A stretch of 45,767 nt of DNA from a virus (Duplodnaviria; Caudoviricetes): positions 1-45,767 of the IMG/VR virus record IMGVR_UViG_3300017913_001550. The stretch is one strand, 5' to 3'. Below are positions 1 through 8,894 of the stretch, piece after piece. A model generated the notes under the pieces. It was not told the DNA's origin, ran no database searches, and saw nothing but the letters and a program-made list of their open reading frames with translations. Positions within the stretch are counted from its first letter, which is position 1. Every line of letters begins with the position of its first letter. Position numbers and translations under genes: made by a program.

Positions 1-210
1 AGTTACGAAATACAGTTTCCACAAAGTATTAAATTCACACCTCAGGTATTTTTATACTTAGATCAATTTATTGATTGTCCATACTATGTTACAAGCAAAC
101 GAATCTATGTGCTAAGTGAAAAAATGGCACTAAACCTAATGATGTTTGCTGGTGATATCAAACAATACGGCCTAGCCAGAGCAATGGCTAGAGAACTAGA
201 CGAATCCTAG
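1..210 (+). CDS. 3' end of a hypothetical protein (partial, runs off window start)
   Basis: Frame +1 is open from base 1 to TAG at 208-210 (SYEIQFPQSIKFTPQVFLYLDQFIDCPYYV...RELDES*). Not in the ORF track because the start is missing. Confidence 0.75.
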   Translation, partial: SYEIQFPQSIKFTPQVFLYLDQFIDCPYYVTSKRIYVLSEKMALNLMMFAGDIKQYGLARAMARELDES

Positions 211-251
211 TCATTTTGGACAGTTTTTTTCCAAAATAATTACATATATGG

Positions 252-279
252 TTGACATATTTGTTAACGATGCTATATT
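252..279 (+). promoter_or_regulatory. sigma70-type promoter (TTGACA-16-TATATT, extended -10 TG)
   Basis: TTGACA 252-257, TGc-TATATT 271-279, upstream of a GAGG RBS and the ATG at 318. Confidence 0.7.
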
Positions 280-317
280 AATATTATAGTTAGTTAAACA
301 ACAAAACGAGGTACATT

Positions 318-1412
318 ATGTCAGCACAAGCAGTAGAAGCACGTACAGTTACTCCAAATGAGGCAAAACGTGCAATTTTAAAAGCAATGGAAACAAAACG
401 TCCTGTGTTCCTTTGGGGACCTCCGGGCATTGGTAAATCTGATATTGTAAGTCAGGTTACCGACACATTTGAAAAATCACATTTGATTGATATTCGTTTG
501 TCATTATGGGATCCAACGGATATCAAAGGTATGCCGTATTATGCCGCCAACGATAACACAATGAAGTGGGCACCACCTACTGAATTGCCAGACGAAGCAA
601 TGGCTAAGAAATATAAGACCATTGTTCTTTTCCTGGACGAACTTAATTCGGCGGCACCGGCTGTGCAAGCCGCGGCATACCAACTTATTCTAAACCGTAA
701 GGTTGGTACTTACAAACTTCCAGACAACGTTGTAATTGTAGCGGCTGGTAACCGTGAAACAGATAAAGGTGTTACGTATCGTATGCCTGCACCGTTGGCT
801 AATAGATTTGTACATATCGAAATGCGTGTTGATTTCGAAGACTGGTTGCAGTGGGCAACTGAAAACAAAATTCACCCAGATGTTGTTGGATACTGTTCTT
901 TTTCAAAGCAAGATCTTTATGACTTTGATCCTAAAGGCAGTTCAAGAGCATTTGCTACTCCACGTTCGTGGAGTTTCGTGAGCGAACTTCTCGACGATGA
1001 TCTACCTGAATCTACAATGATTGACCTCGTTGCAGGTAGCGTTGGAGAAGGTTTGGCAGTTAAGTTTGCGGCACACCGTAAGGTTGCTTCTACACTGCCG
1101 AATCCTACAGACATTCTTGCTGGCAAGGTTAAGACTATGGAAACTACAGACATCAGTGCTATGTACTCGTTGACTGTGTCCATGTGTTACGAATTGCAAG
1201 AAGCGTTCAAGAACAAGGCTAAAGACTGGAATAAGCAGGCCGATAACTTCTTTGGTTTCATTATGGATAACTTTGAAACTGAACTTGTTGTTATGGGTGT
1301 ACGTGTTGCAATCAGCACTTACAAACTGCCGTTCAGTCCTAAAGACTTGTCAAACTTTGATCGTTTCCATGACAAGTATGGCAAGTATGTCTCAGCCGCA
1401 ATGGCATCTTAA
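318..1412 (+). CDS. MoxR-like AAA+ ATPase
   Basis: Walker A GPPGIGKS, Walker B VLFLDELN, sensor-1 AAGN, Arg finger LANRF and TPRSW motif; a VWA partner lies nearby. Confidence 0.9.
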   Translation: MSAQAVEARTVTPNEAKRAILKAMETKRPVFLWGPPGIGKSDIVSQVTDTFEKSHLIDIRLSLWDPTDIKGMPYYAANDNTMKWAPPTELPDEAMAKKYKTIVLFLDELNSAAPAVQAAAYQLILNRKVGTYKLPDNVVIVAAGNRETDKGVTYRMPAPLANRFVHIEMRVDFEDWLQWATENKIHPDVVGYCSFSKQDLYDFDPKGSSRAFATPRSWSFVSELLDDDLPESTMIDLVAGSVGEGLAVKFAAHRKVASTLPNPTDILAGKVKTMETTDISAMYSLTVSMCYELQEAFKNKAKDWNKQADNFFGFIMDNFETELVVMGVRVAISTYKLPFSPKDLSNFDRFHDKYGKYVSAAMAS

Positions 1413-1421
1413 CTAACTATA

Positions 1422-1452
1422 GAGGGGGTCTTCGGATCCCCTCACTCTTTTC
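1422..1452 (+). terminator. Rho-independent terminator
   Basis: GAGGGGGTC-TTCG-GATCCCCTC stem (1422-1443) with a cUUCGg tetraloop, followed by a pyrimidine/T run, just after the ATPase stop. Confidence 0.75.
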
Positions 1453-1477
1453 CCACAGTTCTACAGAGGAGTAAAAG

Positions 1478-1885
1478 ATGTTTTCAGAACTGTTCGACAT
1501 CGACGAAGTGTCCGAATTAAATAACTTTGTTATGGACTTGGACAAACTTAAATTCCTACAACAAAATATCAGTCGTGCAAAAAATAGAGGCGATAAATCA
1601 TGGCCAATGGAAATAAACAAGTATGATGCATACCAAATTGGTGAAAAACAAAATTGGAGATGTGCTATTACAGGTGTGAAGTTAGAGTTCACTAGGGGAG
1701 GCACATACTGGCGTAATAATTGGTGTAATCCCAATAGTTGCACACTCGATCGCATTGATCCTGATCAAGGCTATACAAAAGGTAATGTTCAATTGCTTAC
1801 CCATCGTGCAAATATGTGGAAAAGTAATTTTACAAATGAAGAGTTGAAAGAACTATCAGAAAGTTTTATTCGCCAATTCAGTTGA
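1478..1885 (+). CDS. HNH-like (beta-beta-alpha-Me) endonuclease family protein
   Basis: RCAITG...TLDRIDPDQGYTKGNVQLLTHRANMWK matches the phage HNH-like DRID..GY..GNV....N..K pattern; GAGGAG RBS. Confidence 0.7.
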   Translation: MFSELFDIDEVSELNNFVMDLDKLKFLQQNISRAKNRGDKSWPMEINKYDAYQIGEKQNWRCAITGVKLEFTRGGTYWRNNWCNPNSCTLDRIDPDQGYTKGNVQLLTHRANMWKSNFTNEELKELSESFIRQFS

Positions 1886-1910
1886 CAGTATCCAAAACAG
1901 ATAGTATCAT
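1882..1910 (+). promoter_or_regulatory. sigma70-type promoter (TTGACA-17-TATCAT)
   Basis: TTGACA 1882-1887 (contains the TGA stop of the upstream gene) and TATCAT 1905-1910. Confidence 0.7.
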
Positions 1911-1936
1911 AATTACAGTTGCTAAAGGAGTATCAT

Positions 1937-2512
1937 ATGCAAACTGTAGAATTCGCAAAATGGCTACGTGAAAAAGTAGATTGGTCTAGATACGTTTCAC
2001 TTGTTAAACATGTAGACAAAGAACTTAATGCACGTAAATTGCGTTTTGATAAAAGCGATCTATTTGAACGTTCACTAGAAGTATTCAGCAATCGTGAACT
2101 TATCTATGTTGATTATGAAGGTGTAGATCATTGGGGTCCTGACGGTATCACAGTAGAAATGAAGTATACCGATGGTGCTCTTTTTACACGAGTACGCAAA
2201 GACAAAAAAGAATATGTCAGCGATCTGCAACTTATGAATACTCGTGGTAGCAGTGCAGGCCGTACACTTCCTGATACTTATGCACAGTTCTTGCTCATTT
2301 GTGATCGCGATGCGGTGGCTGTGATTGCAAAAGAAGACCTTCTTCCTTATGTAGTTGACGCAGGAGATGGGTTGAAAACCAGCAAACTTCCGTCGGATTT
2401 GGTACAATATGTATTCACTCCAGGAGAGTTCGTGGCACAAGATATAGCAGAATCTGTATCATACAAGCAGGCCAAATTGGACATGCAAACCGATTATCTC
2501 CAAAAATTCTAG
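1937..2512 (+). CDS. putative PD-(D/E)XK restriction-endonuclease-like protein
   Basis: E...GVDH.GPDGITVEMK resembles a D-x(n)-E-x-K catalytic motif. Start moved from 1919 (TTG) to ATG 1937, which follows the AAGGAG RBS at 1925-1930. Confidence 0.5.
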   Translation: MQTVEFAKWLREKVDWSRYVSLVKHVDKELNARKLRFDKSDLFERSLEVFSNRELIYVDYEGVDHWGPDGITVEMKYTDGALFTRVRKDKKEYVSDLQLMNTRGSSAGRTLPDTYAQFLLICDRDAVAVIAKEDLLPYVVDAGDGLKTSKLPSDLVQYVFTPGEFVAQDIAESVSYKQAKLDMQTDYLQKF

Positions 2513-2540
2513 TTGACAAATACCTATTTGATGCTATACT
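2513..2540 (+). promoter_or_regulatory. sigma70-type promoter (TTGACA-16-TATACT, extended -10 TG)
   Basis: TTGACA 2513-2518 directly after the TAG stop; TGc-TATACT 2532-2540. Confidence 0.7.
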
Positions 2541-2568
2541 TTAAATATAGTTAGAAAGAGAGGCAACA

Positions 2569-3852
2569 ATGAGTCAAGTAACCACAGAAGTAGAACAGAG
2601 CATGATGGACGGTAAGATCTATGAAAAAGATCCCAACGTCGATTCAAACAAAGTAGTAGAACAACTTGTAACTGCACGTATTGGTTTGTTGATTCGTCAG
2701 CCTTTCTTTGGTAACTTGGCAACACGTCTTAAAATTGTTGATGCAACAGATTGGTGTGCTACTGCCGCAACTGACGGCAAGAACTTCTTTTACAATGAAA
2801 ACTTTGTAAATAATCTTAATCAAAAGCAAACAGAATTTTTGTTTGGTCATGAAATTCTGCACTGTGTTTATGATCACTTTACACGTAGAGATGATCGTGA
2901 TCCGCAGATTTACAACATTGCCGCTGACTATTGTGTTAATGGTGATCTTATGAAACACAAGATTGGTGAGATGATTACACAGGTAAAATGTTTTCATGAT
3001 CCTAAATATTATGGCTGGGCATCAGAAGCAGTATATGATGACATCTTCCAAAAGTATGATCAAGAACAACTTGAGCAACTTGGTAAACTTCTTGACGAAC
3101 ACATCGACTGGGAAGGTGGTGAAGGACAAGGTCCTGCAGGTAAAACTAAAAAGGGCAAAAAAGGCAAAGACGGAAAAGGTCGTCCTACATACACAAAAGA
3201 AGAACTTAAGAAGATTCGCGATGGAATGAAAGAAGCAATGATCAGTTCAGCACAAGCGGCTGGTGTTGGTAATGTTCCTAAAGGTGTACAACGTATTATC
3301 AAAGAACTTACTGAGCCTAAAATGAACTGGCGTGAAATACTTAATCAACAGATTCAAAGTTCTATTAAAAACAACTATAGTTTTATGCGTCCTTCACGTA
3401 AAGGCTGGCATACAAGTGCTGTACTGCCGGGCATGGACTATGATGAAACTATTGACCTTTGCATTGCACTAGACATGAGTGGTAGTATTGGTAGCCAAGA
3501 AGCAAAAGACTTTATGAGTGAAGTAAAAGGCATCTGCGATCAATATGATGATTACAAGATTCGTGTATGGTGTTTTGATACAGAAGTATATAACGAGACA
3601 GAATTTACACCCGACGCAGGTAACGATATCGAAGACTATGAACTAGCCGGTGGCGGTGGTACAGACTTTGATTGTAACTGGGAGTACATGAAAGAACATG
3701 GTATTACTCCTAAGAAACTGTTGGTGTTTACAGATGGCTATTCATGGAATTGGGGCGATCCTAATTACTGTGATACAGTTTGGGTTATTCACTCAGATAA
3801 GTCAATCGAGGCACCACATGGTGTAACAACATATTATGACAAGGCGGCATAA
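2569..3852 (+). CDS. HEXXH metallopeptidase-like + VWA domain protein (DUF2201-like), MoxR partner
   Basis: TAATDG and HEILH in the N-terminal domain; MIDAS motif DMSGS, GGGGTDF and VFTDG in the C-terminal VWA domain. Confidence 0.88.
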   Translation: MSQVTTEVEQSMMDGKIYEKDPNVDSNKVVEQLVTARIGLLIRQPFFGNLATRLKIVDATDWCATAATDGKNFFYNENFVNNLNQKQTEFLFGHEILHCVYDHFTRRDDRDPQIYNIAADYCVNGDLMKHKIGEMITQVKCFHDPKYYGWASEAVYDDIFQKYDQEQLEQLGKLLDEHIDWEGGEGQGPAGKTKKGKKGKDGKGRPTYTKEELKKIRDGMKEAMISSAQAAGVGNVPKGVQRIIKELTEPKMNWREILNQQIQSSIKNNYSFMRPSRKGWHTSAVLPGMDYDETIDLCIALDMSGSIGSQEAKDFMSEVKGICDQYDDYKIRVWCFDTEVYNETEFTPDAGNDIEDYELAGGGGTDFDCNWEYMKEHGITPKKLLVFTDGYSWNWGDPNYCDTVWVIHSDKSIEAPHGVTTYYDKAA

Positions 3853-4163
3853 TGCGTTTATTAATTGACGATCCAAATCCATATAATGTTTTGGAAATTA
3901 GAAAATTAAGATTTATTCCAAATCATTTTACAGTTATCAAAGTCCATCATGAACAAACATATTGGACAAATAATCTATTGACTTCTTTAGACAAATGGAT
4001 CTATAATAACTGTAGTGGTAGATATTCTATCATAGAAGATTTGGATATTGTCGACAATAAAGTTGAAAAAGTTATCAAAATTGGTTTTGAAAACGCTTCC
4101 GAATCCTCGTACTTTTCACTTGGCTGTTCAGAACTAACAGGCCAAGAAGTAAGAGTATTATAA
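3852..4163 (+). CDS. hypothetical phage protein
   Basis: 103-aa ORF coupled to the upstream gene by a TAATG overlap; WIYNN..GRY...IGFE..SE.SYF pattern. Confidence 0.75.
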   Translation: MRLLIDDPNPYNVLEIRKLRFIPNHFTVIKVHHEQTYWTNNLLTSLDKWIYNNCSGRYSIIEDLDIVDNKVEKVIKIGFENASESSYFSLGCSELTGQEVRVL

Positions 4164-4195
4164 CTAATATAGCATATAAACATAAGGAGTTTAAA

Positions 4196-4525
4196 ATGGC
4201 TGAAGATAAAAAGACTGAAACACCTGCTACAGAAGCACCAGCGGCAACTACTGCACCTGAGGCTCCAGCAGAAGGTTTAGCACAAGCGGCACCAGCAGGA
4301 GCACCTGCGGCGGGCCAAGCACCTGCGGGTCCAGATCTTACTGTATCTGACTTACAGGCACTTAAAACTATTATTGACGTTTCAAGTTCAAGAGGAACTT
4401 TTAAAGCGGCAGAAATGGCTGTAGTAGGTAATACTTACAACAGACTAACACAGTTTTTAGAAGCAATTCAAAAGTCTGAAAACAAAGAAGGTGCACCAGC
4501 ACAAACTGATGCTCCTAAAAAATAG
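4196..4525 (+). CDS. hypothetical protein with Ala/Pro-rich N-terminus and short helical core
   Basis: AAGGAG RBS; core DLTVSDLQALKTIIDVSSSRGTFKAAEMAVVGNTYNRL. Confidence 0.8.
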   Translation: MAEDKKTETPATEAPAATTAPEAPAEGLAQAAPAGAPAAGQAPAGPDLTVSDLQALKTIIDVSSSRGTFKAAEMAVVGNTYNRLTQFLEAIQKSENKEGAPAQTDAPKK

Positions 4526-4536
4526 GAGAAAATAAT

Positions 4537-5097
4537 ATGGCAACACAGGTAAAACACGTTGGTAACATCGGCGATAAGAAAGTCGTTATTGCCTACCGTA
4601 CAATTCCAGGTGATCCATTTAGTGCATTAGTAATTCCTGCAGAAAAACTTCCAGCAATGTATCACGATGAGTTATTCAAAGTGGTAGAATCAAATGCTGG
4701 ACAAACAGCAGATGAATTAGCGAATGTACTAGCACCAAAAAAGTTTGGTGATGGAAACAACATGCTTTATACACTAAGCCAACAAGGCTTTTTGCAAAAA
4801 GTAGATACAAAGACAGTGACTGTTACACCTACACCCGTTAAAGACAATTGGATTCAATTAGATCAACTAAATGAAGAAATTGCAAAACAACGTGGTGTTG
4901 ATATTAGTGAACTTGCTGTTCAAGACGAAACACAGCCAACTGACACGGCTGAGTTTAAAGCACAAATGGCAGGTAACTATCGTAAGAGAGCAGATCAACT
5001 CTATAAGGAAGTTTTGGACTTACGTCGCAGAGCAGACGAGATTGATCCACCGGCTGAACCAAAAAAATCATCTAAGGCAAAAGCAGTAGATGCATAA
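4537..5097 (+). CDS. hypothetical phage protein
   Basis: 186-aa ORF with AGGAG RBS, in operon context. Confidence 0.8.
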   Translation: MATQVKHVGNIGDKKVVIAYRTIPGDPFSALVIPAEKLPAMYHDELFKVVESNAGQTADELANVLAPKKFGDGNNMLYTLSQQGFLQKVDTKTVTVTPTPVKDNWIQLDQLNEEIAKQRGVDISELAVQDETQPTDTAEFKAQMAGNYRKRADQLYKEVLDLRRRADEIDPPAEPKKSSKAKAVDA

Positions 5098-5459
5098 TGG
5101 TAAGAAAGAGCCAAAGCAGTAAGTCACTCCTTTCGAATTCAGATCTTGATTGGGAAAATGTTCTTGATGAAATTAATGTTGAGAAACTCCCAATCAAGTA
5201 TTTGACACAACTTCGCTTAAATCTTAAAAATGGTAAAGTTGCTATTGTTGATGTAAGAACAATCTTATTAGAAACAGGCAACGAAGACGCCACATCTAAA
5301 AAAGTCAACGAACTTTTAAGAATCAACAAAGACAAAATTGTATCTATGGATTTTAGCATAGATATTACAAGCCTTAAAAAGAGTGTAACTAGGGCAAGAA
5401 ACAAATTCACAAAAAAAGTAAATTTTAACATCAAGCGTGGAAAGAACAAAGATGACTGA
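5097..5459 (+). CDS. hypothetical basic protein
   Basis: 120-aa ORF with a TAATG overlap with the upstream gene. Confidence 0.75.
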   Translation: MVRKSQSSKSLLSNSDLDWENVLDEINVEKLPIKYLTQLRLNLKNGKVAIVDVRTILLETGNEDATSKKVNELLRINKDKIVSMDFSIDITSLKKSVTRARNKFTKKVNFNIKRGKNKDD

Positions 5460-6129
5460 CGTAAAACTTATTTCATACTCTAAAGCACCTGACAGTTTAG
5501 AACTAGAAGACGCACAGGAATTGATTGCTTATTGTGCTAGAGTAAGCAATCCAAGTAATCAGATGAACAAAGAAACGTCTGAAAAACTGATCAATTATTT
5601 GGTCAAACACAAACACTGGTCACCGCTCGAAATGGTTAGTGCATGTTTGGAAATCAATACCACTCGTGATATTGCACATCAAATTGTACGCCATCGCAGT
5701 TTCAGTTTTCAGGAATTCAGCCAACGCTATGCAGATCCTGCGGAGTTTGGTGATCAGTTTGTTCTTAGAGAAGCACGTTTACAAGATACAAAAAATAGAC
5801 AAAACTCAATTGTTTTAGGTACTACTCAACAAGAAATGAATCTAATTAACGACTGGGAATCTCAACAACAAAAAGTTATTGATGCCGCCAAAGAAGCATA
5901 TAATTGGGCAATCGAAAATGGTATTGCCAAAGAACAGGCTCGTGCTGTACTACCAGAAGGCTGTACAAAGACACGACTCTATATGAATGGCACACTTCGT
6001 AGTTGGGTACACTACATTGAACTTCGTGGTGCTAATGGTACTCAAAAAGAACACATGGACATTGCCCATGCATGTGCGTCTGTAATTGCTGAAATTTTTC
6101 CTATGGCATCAAACATACTAGCGGACTAA
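5452..6129 (+). CDS. thyX: flavin-dependent thymidylate synthase ThyX
   Basis: ThyX signature RHRSFSFQEFSQRY, plus H.SPLE and AKEQARAVLP. Start placed at ATG 5452 rather than GTG 5437. Confidence 0.95.
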   Translation: MTDVKLISYSKAPDSLELEDAQELIAYCARVSNPSNQMNKETSEKLINYLVKHKHWSPLEMVSACLEINTTRDIAHQIVRHRSFSFQEFSQRYADPAEFGDQFVLREARLQDTKNRQNSIVLGTTQQEMNLINDWESQQQKVIDAAKEAYNWAIENGIAKEQARAVLPEGCTKTRLYMNGTLRSWVHYIELRGANGTQKEHMDIAHACASVIAEIFPMASNILAD

Positions 6130-6159
6130 GATCACCGCTGTATGACGCTTAAAATGCGT

Positions 6160-7911
6160 TTAAACTACCACTTCTACTAGTTTAATACCGTTGTCTTGAT
6201 TGTCTTCTAATGATCTTCCAAGCACACAACACGCATGTGGTAAAGCACTATCTTTGGTTAATGCTGTAGCAATACCCGGTTTTGGACTTGTTACAATTAA
6301 ATCACCTTTGTTAACAGCACCTTCTACTTTGCAAGGAACTCTACCTCTTAGTGCTACTGCATTAACAAAGTCTCCGTATAGACTTGAATTCATAAGGTGT
6401 GCAGGTTCTGTGGATACAATGCCTGCAATTCTTGTATCACAAAATACACTAGTGGTTGTGACTTCGTTTGCGCCGCCAAAGATTAAAACTGTGCCTGGAT
6501 CATACTTGTTATCTCCAAGATAGTTTTCTGCCAAGTCAGCATATTGAGCGGCTGTTGCAGTACCTCTAAATACACGAGCAAACACATCTGAATTTCCGTC
6601 ACGTTTAACAATGGTGTTGTTTGCAGATGTAACACTAGCACTTGCATTATCTAATTGACTAGCATTAGTGGCTGTACCATTAAAATTGACAGCACTGATA
6701 TCACCGTCAGCATCTCTAGCCGCAATAGTATTACCTGTTGCTGTAGTTGCCGCTGGTCTTGCTGTACCACTTACAAATAAGTTTGTTGCAGTTGTTGATG
6801 TACCTGTTAGTGATGCTGTTAATGCACCTGTAACAGTTAAGTTATTGAATGAACTGGTTCCCGAACTTGTTACGTTACCAACAACGTTACCTGTTAAGTT
6901 TCCCGTAACATTACCTGTAACATTACCAGTTACATTTCCGTTTAAAGAACCGTTTTGATCTAGTGTCAAATCTGTAAAGAAACCGTTTGACCATTTAGTA
7001 TTAGTGTTACCTATCGTGCCTGTGTCATCAACACTAGGCAAAAATGCATTATCAATAAACTGTGCAACTTTTTGTGTTTGACCTGCGGTATTTAAATTGA
7101 AATTTAATACATTACCTACTTGGTTTGTTAAGTTACCTTGGTCACTGTTGGTAACATGTAATTTTAAATCACTACCGGCGCCAACTACTAAACCATCGTC
7201 GTTTCTAAAACTTACAACGTCAGCAAAACTCTGTAGTCCACTATTAAGGACATATTGTGCCGCTGGAATACCGCCTAGTTGATCAGCATCTTCTGCTGTT
7301 CCCCAATAACGCATACCAATATATGTTTGTTTGCTGGCTAGGTTTAAACCTTTTTTGATTGAACTAAAACCTGGAATAGGGTTGCTTTGTTCGTCTAAAA
7401 TAAATTCGTCTTTTGAAATAATGTTAATAACTTGGTCATTAACACTTGCTTGAAGCACTGTTCTGTTGTTTCCTAGTGTGTCTTTGTATACTTTACTAGT
7501 AAATGTACTAACACCTTCACCACCTGTTGCAACAGGACCTACAAGAACATAATCTTGACCATTGTAAACATATAACTGCTGGCCTTCATCTTCCCACCAA
7601 AAATCACCATTGGCTAATCCTACCGGAGCAACTGGTCCTACTTCTGCACCACCAGCAATTCTAAATCTACTACCGTCATAGAACTTGATAACTTTGTTAC
7701 CTGTATCATACCATATTTGTCCTGATACTGGTTTAGGCGGTTGATTACTGCCTGCAAAATTTTCTAGAATGTGTACTAGATTCTCATTTAGGATTTCACC
7801 AAAACCTGCATAGTTTTTACCGATAAGTTTTATATCAAGAGTTTGATCAATAGTACCATCGTTTACTACTGCAATTTGTTGTCCGTTGTATGTGTTTACT
7901 ATATATGGCAT
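6160..7911 (-). CDS. tail fibre with C-terminal intramolecular-chaperone (peptidase G2-like) domain
   Basis: Shared fibre N-terminus (LIGKNYAGFGE..NEN...LENFA...GQIWYD), GNVT repeats, C-terminal YADLAENY...GRVPCKV.G...KGD domain (~6160-6545). Confidence 0.75.
   Translation of the reverse strand: MPYIVNTYNGQQIAVVNDGTIDQTLDIKLIGKNYAGFGEILNENLVHILENFAGSNQPPKPVSGQIWYDTGNKVIKFYDGSRFRIAGGAEVGPVAPVGLANGDFWWEDEGQQLYVYNGQDYVLVGPVATGGEGVSTFTSKVYKDTLGNNRTVLQASVNDQVINIISKDEFILDEQSNPIPGFSSIKKGLNLASKQTYIGMRYWGTAEDADQLGGIPAAQYVLNSGLQSFADVVSFRNDDGLVVGAGSDLKLHVTNSDQGNLTNQVGNVLNFNLNTAGQTQKVAQFIDNAFLPSVDDTGTIGNTNTKWSNGFFTDLTLDQNGSLNGNVTGNVTGNVTGNLTGNVVGNVTSSGTSSFNNLTVTGALTASLTGTSTTATNLFVSGTARPAATTATGNTIAARDADGDISAVNFNGTATNASQLDNASASVTSANNTIVKRDGNSDVFARVFRGTATAAQYADLAENYLGDNKYDPGTVLIFGGANEVTTTSVFCDTRIAGIVSTEPAHLMNSSLYGDFVNAVALRGRVPCKVEGAVNKGDLIVTSPKPGIATALTKDSALPHACCVLGRSLEDNQDNGIKLVEVVV
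6868..6940 (-). repeat. degenerate 12-bp tandem repeat encoding (GNVT)n
   Basis: Encodes GNVTGNVTGNVTGNLTGNVVGNVT; tgtaacattacc/tgttacgttacc-type units on the + strand. Confidence 0.8.
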
Positions 7912-7916
7912 AGTAG

Positions 7917-7922
7917 TATTTA
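7917..7922 (-). promoter_or_regulatory. late promoter core TAAATA
   Basis: Minus strand reads GGTAAATACTACTATG directly into the start at 7911. Confidence 0.55.
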
Positions 7923-7924
7923 CC

Positions 7925-8398
7925 TTAATCTTCGTCTAGTAGTTTTCTGATGTCTTTCATTTCATCTTCTTTGCTGTTGAAAATGTATGGTGTGCCATCT
8001 TGCTTGTAAACGTCTTTACGTGCTTTGTTACGTGCTCTTTCGTCTTTAATGAAATTAATCATGTCTGTAAATTCTTTGGTGTTGCTAACGGCTTTGTTTT
8101 CATTCAGCATATCCATGATTATATTCAATTGTTTATAAATTGGATATTCAATGTTAATGTTTTGTTCCACATTAGCATTAAGAAGTTCTTCATCAATTAA
8201 TTGATTATCGCTTTGTTCAATTTTTACAAGTTTACCATTGTCGTATGTGCCAACCCAACAATATTCTTCTGGATCATATTCTTCTGTTCTAAACACTACA
8301 CTTTCAAAAGACATTGGTGGAACTTCATCAGCAGAGAAACCACCAATAAGTTCTCTGTTCTTCTTGTTAAACATTAATTTTAGTTTCTGTACTGCCAT
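7925..8398 (-). CDS. hypothetical protein, possible tail-fibre assembly/accessory protein
   Basis: 157-aa ORF between fibre genes. EYPIYKQLN motif and position suggest a fibre chaperone (inference). Confidence 0.6.
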   Translation of the reverse strand: MAVQKLKLMFNKKNRELIGGFSADEVPPMSFESVVFRTEEYDPEEYCWVGTYDNGKLVKIEQSDNQLIDEELLNANVEQNINIEYPIYKQLNIIMDMLNENKAVSNTKEFTDMINFIKDERARNKARKDVYKQDGTPYIFNSKEDEMKDIRKLLDED

Positions 8399-8402
8399 TT
8401 TA

Positions 8403-8894
8403 CTATTCCCATATCAAGCAAAGACTGTATTTAGGTGCTTCGCCTTGTTCAATTTTAGTTACTTCATGCCATGTATCAATTGGCATTTTAAACATTGCTC
8501 CTTTTATTTCCTGTAACAAAACTTCCTCATTATCTTTGTTCCAGTATTTAAAATGCGGTTTACCTTCAGTTAAAAATACTAACTTAAACTGCCAGTACCC
8601 GCCTGCACTGTCCTGGTGTTTGATTAACCAATCACCTGGCACATATTTGTTAATAACTATTTGGCTGACCCATTTTCTTTCTTCTTCGGGCACTGTTTTC
8701 CAAACAGTCTCAACTAATTCTTTGCTCATGTCTTTTTCAAATAGACTTGAAAAATGACTTTCACCGTATTTGGTAGCATGTTTCTCTTTGCTACCTAAGC
8801 CTCGAGCAGTAAACTTACCTTGTGCTTCATGACTATGAACTAAGTCCATAATCTCGTCTACATTAGTTATATACTCCTCAACCAACTCATACAT
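8403..8894 (-). CDS. 2OG-Fe(II) oxygenase superfamily protein
   Basis: INKY.PGD...HQD (HxD), distal WHEV histidine and terminal KYSL strand typical of the DSBH dioxygenase fold. Confidence 0.8.
   Translation of the reverse strand: MYELVEEYITNVDEIMDLVHSHEAQGKFTARGLGSKEKHATKYGESHFSSLFEKDMSKELVETVWKTVPEEERKWVSQIVINKYVPGDWLIKHQDSAGGYWQFKLVFLTEGKPHFKYWNKDNEEVLLQEIKGAMFKMPIDTWHEVTKIEQGEAPKYSLCLIWE

Noticed and set aside
6130-6159. Bidirectional terminator between thyX and the last fibre gene
   Set aside because: Only a weak ACGC/GCGT stem is present, which is too short to support a call.
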